A DNA stretch of 64,000 nucleotides, from positions 62,001-126,000 of the forward strand of contig CAJNYD010000054.1 of NCBI GenBank assembly GCA_905331295.1. The letters run 5' to 3'. This stretch comes from Rotaria socialis. Taxonomy: Eukaryota. Shown here piece after piece: positions 55,044-64,000 of the stretch (the stretch's first letter is position 1; every line of letters begins with the position of its first letter). A program made the translations under genes and the position numbers. The notes beneath the pieces were generated by a model. The model ran no database searches. It was given only the letters and a program-made list of their open reading frames with translations, and was not told the origin of the DNA.

Positions 55044-58000
55044 ACCATTTACTATATATAATTTTGAAAAGCGAATACAAATGATATCGATCAATAACAC
55101 CAACACCTTTGTTTTTAAAGAAGAAGACCATCATAAAACACTACGATTATAAACAATAAATATGCTTAAAATATGATGATGATGATGATGACGACGTGCT
55201 TCATTTTTCTTTTGAATTTTTTTTCTTCGCATGTTTTTTTCTTTCTACATTTCATTCAAAGCCCGTTGTGTAAAAACAATATCAATATATTTAATTATAA
55301 CATCAACATATTTTTTCCTTTTTAATACAAAAAAAAAACAAACAAAAAAAACGTTTTTCTATTCATGAAGATCGCATCGATGGACACATTCTTTCATAAA
55401 TAGAACGGTTTTTCTCATCATAAACCACAAGTCTATAAATGCAGTGCATAGAATAGTAAAATAATATCCTACAAAAAAAACAAACGAATGATGAACATTT
55501 GAAAAGCATACAATTAATGTCACCATTAGAAATAAATGTTTACTATTTATTTTTCGATGTGCTCTGATTGCATACAGTTGAAAACCACAATAATAGTAGG
55601 GTCATTCGTGTAGGTGTAAACTGCATTCTCTCAATGTAATCTCAATATTGCACAGATAAAAAATATATTTGTGGAATAAGTTACCCGAAAAAACAAATTC
55701 CGCGAAAACGAACAGTACGCAATCAAGGTTTTTTAGGAAAATATTCATTCAAAAAACGAAATATAGATAATAAAGAGCTATTGAAACAGTTCATTTTCAT
55801 TCGTGATTGTTAACTTTAGAGAGAAATTGAGTTTTTGTTTTATCGAAATTTTATTAATAAATTTTCGCTTTAAGCTACGCTCGTTATCCTATATACTTCA
55901 TCTTCAAAGCCATCGGCATCTAGTATAAGTTCTTTTTCGCTAATCTTTTAAATATTTTCCTTTTGTTACAGTGTATAAAAGTAGCTGTGATTATTTTCAA
56001 ATGTTTGTCAACAATCATATTATCACAATAACAAGTTTTGTGTTAAAAGACAAAACACGGGATGCTTTAACTGGTTATTCGACATGACGTTTCTGCTTTT
56101 TTTTTTCTTCAATATTTTAGATCAAAAGTTATTCATTCAAACAAGCCAATTTTGAGTCTTTCGATAGATTAAGTAAATATAGATTGGAGAACGAATTGAA
56201 AAGAGGCGAGCATATTGAGAGTCATTTTGAATATTTGTCATCAAAAGGATGATCGCGTGCGTTCACTTTTATTTGTTAATTACAGCCTCTGCTTTCTAAT
56301 GTATTTGTACATTATGACGTGGTGATTTTTCTTCTTTTCACGATGTTTTTTGAAGGTTATTGCTTGGGGCAGACACGCATTCGATTCAACAAGAAGTATA
56401 CATCTGTATCGATGACCACACCCTTTATGCTTAATGCTACTCGTCACCTCACTGCCATTCATTTACTCCGAATCATAAAGCTATCTTTCATACCTATATA
56501 TATAAACTCATCACTTGTAAAAGTCATTAGATGAGACGAATTAAGTGTATGTGTATATATATATATATGAGTGGATTAATAGATACAAGTAGCCATATCT
56601 AGATCGTTTTACATGGCCAGCATGATAATCGCGTGCGAACTGACAAGTAGCTAAGATAGATGAAGTTCATTTTAGATATAGAATTTTCATATGTCAAGAA
56701 GTTTTTTTTCTATAGCAGTAAAAGTATTTTGTTTTTTATTGAAATCATTAACTAGATTAAGAGGAGAAGAAGAAGAAGAAGAAGAGAAAAAAGTAATCGA
56801 TGCCGAATAGATTCTGTACAATGAAAACAGAATTGGTGTGAAAAACATGCGTGTTAATATCAATCTCTAAGGAATGGTATACATGTGTAGCCAAAATCGA
56901 TTACTAATAGTGATGATCAATGAGAGGAAAAAATGTCGTATTGTTTCTATGAACTTGTCATTGGGGAACAACGAAGAATGATCGAACTAATTACCAGACT
57001 GCTCATTCGTCTGGCTAACGTATTTGTCAAGTCATACTTCAACCGGACAATATCCCTTTACACTCAGGTGTTCAATCTCTCGTGAATGATCATCAGTTTT
57101 TTCTCCCTCTCTCTCACTGGCTCGCTTCTCTTCAATTGATTGGTTGATTAAAAGAATATTGGTACGACCAGAACAAGCGAGAGAACGAATGAGTCTATAT
57201 AATTTTCAAGATCAAATGTTTAAAAAAAGAAAGAACGAGAGAAGAGAGCAGATGAACAAATTTTTGGCGCTTGATTGAGTTGTTCATTCAGTCGGCGTCC
57301 TGTACGCATTTTCAAGTCTCTCGAATTATCCATTATCTCGATAATACAGGCGGGCCTTTTCTTTGGTACCGATACTTGACAACATTTATACACATTGTCG
57401 GAACAACCTTCATCATTCGATGCTGCAAGCAAACTTATATGTATACACCTTGTATAAAAACAACAATTATTGAACATAGGTGAACGTGCTGTTGTTTTAC
57501 AACGCAAATTTTTAGTTTTTATGAACCAGATAATCTTTTGATTTATTTTATCCGTACGTTTTCTGTCATTTTTTCTTCTCTCTCGTCGATTGTGCACACC
57601 GTCTGCTTGCATATCCCATATAAATCACGTTCTATGACATTAAATTAACAGGCATCATATGGCTCTATTTGCCTTTGCTTGTTTAAAGAATCAGGTTTCC
57701 CTGTGTCCTACACCGTTCAAATCATTGATAAATAAACATATGTTTTCTCTTATTATTATTTTACTATTTTAATCGAATTGAATTATAAATATTATTCTTT
57801 CTGTTTTTGAGTATAAGACTTCTTCTCCATTCAAGTTTTAATGATATGAAATCTATATTTCTTTTTTGATGAGATTTTTTTTTCTTCTTCTGATTCCGTT
57901 GAACAATATCTAAATTGACATTATTCTTCTATCGCTGATTAAAGTGCTCTTTGAACTACTTGAATAGTTTGTATGTCACTTAAAAATTTCTTAAGTTGAA

Positions 58001-59111
58001 TATGCATTCGTTTTTTTTCCTTCGTCTTCTATTGATATATAATTGTTTTAATCCGTATATTGTATATGAGAATGTCTAAACAAATCAATGAACGAACGTA
58101 CATACTCGGAAATCGATTGATGGAATAAAAAGCTCTTTTAATCGATCGATAGTGTTGATAGATGATTGTCTCAAGGTTTTGACTTCGTCTATAGTTAATA
58201 GCTTGCTATTTTTTTCTTCGTCTCCTCCTTCGCTCTTTATCTTGTTGAAAGATAAGGTTTACATGGTAGATGATGAACATATTTTATGTTGATAGGCAGC
58301 GTTTGTTGGTAAGTTAGCATGAATGAGAAAAACAAAAAAATAAGAACTCCACACCACAGGAGTATACTCCATTTGCATATGAACAGCGCGTGTGACAATA
58401 GCAATAAGACGGGCCACACACACTTACTCAATTTGAGCGAGGAAGGAGAGAAGAAAAGCTGTTAAAATCCGAAACGAAAATATGAATAAATATTCATGTG
58501 TGAAGAAGAGACATAGACAGGATAAGACGATAAAGTGACAAGAGTTGACAAACACGTGTCTCACTATTGAAATGTTAGAGTTTTTTTTCTTATAGAAAAA
58601 AATGAGATCCTATTATAGAGGCACACAGATAATTATGTATGATTCCAAATTATCATTTAATATACTAGCATTAGTTAATTTAAGTTGTTCTCAAAGAAAC
58701 TCAACACCTATTTCAATCGTAAGAAAAATAGAATAAGTTGAAGTGTGACCTTTCATTAACTAATTTTTATTTCTAAATATAATGAAGCTCAGAGGTAAGT
58801 GATGTCTTTCATGACAAGGCCAGTTAAATTTCATTGATTCAGCAAATATGTTTTTACGCTTAAAATGTTCCTCCAAGAGAATTCCAATGTTTTGCCAGAC
58901 ATGACTGATGATAAACTACTCTTGTGAACATCTATCCACGATTTATTTGGAGTTCTCTTATAGTCAACTAAGAGGCGTACGACATATTTGTACTACCAAG
59001 CGTATGAAAGACTTCAGTGGCCTCGCACAAAACAAAACAAAAAAGACTTCTCCACTTCCTTCTTGTCATAACGATATTTCAGACATTTTTTTTTCTTTTT
59101 CAGATAGAAAA

Positions 59112-62100
59112 ATGTTTATTATTTTATGCATTATTTCCTTCTCGTTGTCTTCTTATCATTGTCAAACAATAAAACATCTCAATGAAATATCAATCGAAGA
59201 AGAATTACCCATTGATTCAATGGTAACATCTTTAACAGATAAAATTCCTAATTTAGATCAATCAAATGAATATGATCTTGTTACACCATTGTCTACTGAT
59301 CTCGACGTATTCTCTGTCAATCATAGTCAACATACTCTGATAATAAAAAATCGTATTGATTATGAAACTATTTGTTTAAAAACGCATCATTGTGTCGTGT
59401 CAGTTAGTATTGCCGTATCCAATGAAGATACAATTGATGTTTATATACTTCCTATTCGCATCATAAATAAAAATGATAATCTAATAAGATTTCTTGTAAA
59501 TCGTACAATTATAGAAATCGAAGAAAATGATGAAAATTGGCTTCAAAAAACTTATTCTTTACCTAAAGCATACGATGATGATGGTGACTCAATAACCTAT
59601 TCAATTTATTTACAAAATTGGAATAAACCCGATGGTTTATTTGAATTCGATGAAAAACATTTATCATTAAAACCATTAAGAAAATTCGATCGAGAAGAAC
59701 AAAATATTTATTTACTTCGCTTTATAGCTCATAATCAAAATGATGCGTCAACTGATGTAATCATTGTTATAAAAGATCTTAATGATAATATACCAATGTG
59801 TCATCACAATCAAACATTATTTCTCGTATCAAATATATCGTCGATATCAAAATTTCAATTAAACGCAACCGATTATGATGAAGGTGACAATGGAAAATTG
59901 GAATACAGCTTAATGAATTCATTAGTTGGCTTTAGTATCGATCGATTTAATGGAGAAATAAAATTTGATTATACAAAATGGATCCGTTCGAATAAATCGA
60001 TACTAATTATTAATATAACCGATCACGGAAAGCCCTTTCGTTTATCAACAAAATGTTCTATTGAAATACAATTGACATTTTTATATGATATTGAATTTAA
60101 ATCAAATATTTCAAGTATTAATCAAACGGAAGTTACGATCGACGTGGAAAGTGTCGATTTAGCGCTCGGCCAATTTGTAATCTATGATAAACAATACAAT
60201 AACTCGTGTCATGATTGTTTAATTCATGTAAATACATCAGTAAATGATATTTTTTCTTTCAATTATTTAACCTATGAATTATATTTAAATTTAAATTCAG
60301 TCGTATTAATGAAAATTTTAACAAATTATTTTCATAATAACGAAAATGTTTCATTGAATATACAAATCGATATCATAAATTTAAAATATCCTTCGGTTCA
60401 ATCAACAAAAATGTACCTATTTATTCTAAATTTTAACAAATTAAATTTACTAATGTATTCAAATACATATTTTCTAAAAATTCATGATAATACTTTATTG
60501 AACGAACGAATCTCAATTTTCAATCGTCATCATCGTTGTTTAAATAATCAATCGAATGAATTAATATTAAACGATCCAACAGACACGTTTGATATTGGAA
60601 AAAATTTTAATCTAATTTTAAAAAAACATTTAAATGCGCAACAACAGAGATCTTATGATTTAACACTGCAACAAAAACAAAAAAATTCAACAGATGAAGT
60701 AAGTTTTGTCTGGTTATTGTAGCTACACAATGGAGTAATATGAAGGCTTCATATATCTAATAGTGTAGGCTTTATGAGACTCTACTAAATATCATGATCA
60801 GACAGGGCCGCATCGACTTCGAGTTCAGAAATCTTGAACCCGACGGACTCTATAAGCTAGTCTGTGGGCGGGTGATTGGTATGAAACAGCTGTTAAATTC
60901 AATTTTGATAAAAAAAAGGCCAGAAAATGCCTGGTATTAAAGAGAAAAATTTTCTAATCTTATGACCATGCGATTTTAATCGTCTGCTTCATTCCTTGAA
61001 ATATACATCTATCACAAAATTTAAATTACGTTGAATCGAAAAAAATCAATTTGTGAGGATGCTCGATGTTTGTTATGTACTATTCGAATTTTCCATTGTC
61101 AATCTTAATAGCTAGTGATTTTTTTCTTGGATAGGCTATCTCAGGGGAACCCACGCTTCTCTATATCGATCCTATAATATCTCTTCTAATGAAATTCTCA
61201 ATGCAGTTCAATGAACAATATAGTTAAGGCTATCCCTATGGAATACAATTCAGTTCGCGTTACTAATTACAACGAGATCGTTTAATTCTATCGATTGCGA
61301 GACCTCTCTGTTTTATCATCTAGAGACGTGCTAAGTACTGAATTATATATATATATATACTTTGTTTAGATGTATACCTGTTCCATTCAAATTCGATTGT
61401 ACATCCTTAATCCATATTCATCTGTCAGTGTTTTTCCATATTTTTCTCAATCATTTTACATCTTATCAAGTAAAAATCTTTCCGAATTTTCTCTACCACC
61501 GATTCCATCTTATGCTAAATATGCTTCATCCGTGCCTGATTTAATATCTATCGATCCGTACAATGCTTCGATAATAGTTCGATCATCTTTATTATATTCA
61601 TCTTATTCATATGATTTTCGCATTGAAGCAATCGATTCTCGATCTCCATCATTAAGTTGTTCGATACCGATTCGAGTATTTTTCGGTGTGAATAAATTTC
61701 CACCTCAATTGTTAATGAATTCAACAAGACAATTTATCGAAATTTTATCATCGAAATTTCTCTATCAAATTAAAGCCTACGATCCGGATTTGTTATTAAG
61801 TGATCAAACAAATTCATTTCCACCAACAGTCGAATACGAAATCGATTCACCGATGAATATTGAAATCGAACGTTATACGGGCCGAATATTTCTCAAAGAT
61901 TTCAATACAACAAATATTAGTTTTACAGTATTGATGAAGGATTTCGGTCAACCAAATCGTTTCATCACTCGGCAAACATTAATATTCGATATAAAGTCCA
62001 ATGAAAATATTTCCCTGACAATTTTTTTCATTACTGCATCTTCAATTATATTCATTGTTATTGTATTAAGTATTTTAACATTTATCGTTAATTATTGTTG

Positions 62101-62547
62101 TACCCGTCCGACGAAAACATTGAAAACTCAGAAAAAAAACACTTGGAAAAATACTTCGCCAACAACACCTGATACTTGTTTAATTGATAATGAATATGTA
62201 AGAAATATTTTATTGTGAAAACAAAAACCTTCATTATTATGATATTTCAGATGACAACAACAGTTACTTCATTACCTCGTACGTCAAGTCGTGAACAAAG
62301 AATTTATCCAACATTTTCCTATGTTCATGTCAATAATGATGGTCAACACGAGAGAAGAATGCTGTCACATTCATCATTAGACAAAATCAATTTTCAATAT
62401 TCATCAGATAAAATTTCCTATCGACAAGATTTAGAGCAACGTTTATCAATGACTGATATTAATAAATATTTAGAACGTTTTGAAAAACTCTATAACGATT
62501 CATCCTCACAACAATATTTGCATCAGCCGATGGGATCTGTTGTATAA
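59112..62547 (+). CDS. Divergent protocadherin-like protein (signal peptide, EC repeats, TM, PDZ-binding tail)
   Basis: Exons 59112-60698, 61370-62197, 62251-62547. Cadherin motifs IDYE, NKNDN, AYDDD, FDREE, DLNDNIP, ATDYDEGDNG, DHGKP, AYDPD. TM IFFITASSIIFIVIVLSILTFIV; ends GSVV*. Confidence 0.88.
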
Positions 62548-62642
62548 ACATTCATTTATTTTTCCTTTCGTGATTTTTTAGTTAATAAAAAAATATTTGA
62601 GAGAATACATGTAGGTGTACAATTCGATGATTTTATAATACA

Positions 62643-64000
62643 TTATTTCTGCAAATAAAAGAAAAAAAAATATTATAATAGTTAGTTTTCTTAATCAAAA
62701 AAGGCGAGTTCGAAGATGAGAAGGATCCGTCAAGAGATGGCTGAGTTATCGAAAAAATTGTCAGTATTGATCAGACCATCCCTGAGGCGGAGGGGGGTAC
62801 AGGGATTTTTTCAAGAAAAACTTTTTCTTAGAATTATTCACAACATATATAAATCGACTCAGTTTTTGCCGTACACATGACAATCGAATGCGAATCCGAT
62901 GTTTCCTCATTAACTTAAATTATTTTGTTAACTTGAAAGAAACTCTATTTAAGTGCAACTTATTACAATAATATGAAATATAATTTTCGATCACTTTCAG
63001 TTCTCAAGAGGTACTACGCGTTATTTGATACCACCAACTGGCTCCATTATTAAATAAAATTGCAAAAGCTCAATAAATAGCAATCATTGGTCGTTCTCAG
63101 AAATGTATAACCTTTTTCTTTCTGATGATTTACCTTCTTTTTTCCGCGTTTTCGTTTTTTCTTCATCTTCGCACTGAGTTTTAATATGTCAGCAAAAACA
63201 AATTGATCAATTTTTTCACTGACATTTATCTTAATCTTTTTCGATTTTCCTATAACAGAAGAGAAGTCATAGTTCGTTCGAAAAATTCAAATGGCACCCA
63301 TTAATATTTACTTTCTTTTCGACATTTTAATGCATCTAATATAATTCCTCCGCAAACATGTCCAATAACATTCTCATCGAGATCAAGTTCTTCCAATTCT
63401 TCAGAGATTTCAATTAATCTACAAAAAAAAATTATATTCGCTTAAACAAAGAAGAACAAATTTTAAAACCAACAAACCGAGCAAAAGCATCGACTGTTTT
63501 TTGAACAACAGCAAAACCATCAGGTTGTAAACAGTCAATTTCATTGTCAAACAAATGAATTTTCGTTACAAATGGACCACACGGTGGCATGTCATCAAGC
63601 GATAATTTCTTCTTCTTTTTCTTTTCTACATGAAATTTTATAAAAATTCTTAAGTTTCAAATCTGAAAACTTTTACTTCGTTTCTTCCGTTCTTTTTTCT
63701 CAGCGTCTGTTAATTCCGCTGGTAAACCTTGTTGTACTCGAAGTGCAGCTAAACATAATAGAACAACAAATAAGACTAACATTTAGCGTTCAAAACTAAA
63801 CCTTCTTGTATTTTTGATTCCATATCAGCTCGTAATTTTTCTTCTTTGTCAATATTATATTTTTCACAATCGATTAATAATAATTTTATTAAATCGTAAG
63901 CACCTTCGCATCCAAAATGATTACCATCAAGATATATTTCACTAAATAAAATCCTTCACATCGAGAGAAAAAAAGTAAGGAACTCATTTTTATTCATACG
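62643..64000 (-). CDS. 3' part of an RI-like LRR protein with Lys-rich tail (gene continues beyond the window)
   Basis: Spliced minus-strand exons: FSEIYLDGNHFGCEGA, PPCGPFVTKIHLFDNEID, LEELDLDENVIGHVCG, ..MKKKRKRGKKK. The last micro-exon (AAA TAA at 62648-62643) is tentative. Confidence 0.65.

Noticed and set aside
55100..59000. Short ORFs upstream of the protocadherin
   Set aside because: No coherent splicing or homology; probably regulatory DNA and 5'UTR introns.

Overview
AT-rich, gene-dense eukaryotic (animal) DNA with many short (~45-70 nt) GT-AG introns. The gene style and repeats suggest a bdelloid rotifer (Rotaria/Adineta-like; inference). Left part (1-37 kb): conserved housekeeping genes, namely MED29-like, an orphan, CLIC, Nup214 (with an antisense nested LRR gene and a Mutator-like MITE in its introns), ARPC1, ATP2C1/SPCA, a 3-Ig GPI-anchored Lachesin-like gene, TBC1D13 and SMYD5. 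Some are packed with operon-like spacing. Middle (37.6-45 kb): a transposon pile-up around a 100-N gap, with MITEs, an inverted array of 163-164 bp repeats, a 5'-truncated LINE and a truncated Tc1. Right part (46.7-55 kb): a run of apparently lineage-specific secreted or membrane genes. These are a putative neuropeptide precursor (..GLWAMP-amide), a 4-Cys Kunitz + QxW lectin-like fusion, a catalytically dead group XII sPLA2-like domain fused through phase-1 microexons to ~26 Asn/Gly 14-mer repeats, and two tandem paralogous small membrane proteins. A divergent protocadherin and the 3' end of an RI-like LRR gene follow. Exon structures were built by eye from splice signals and frame continuity, and homologies come from remembered motifs, not database searches.
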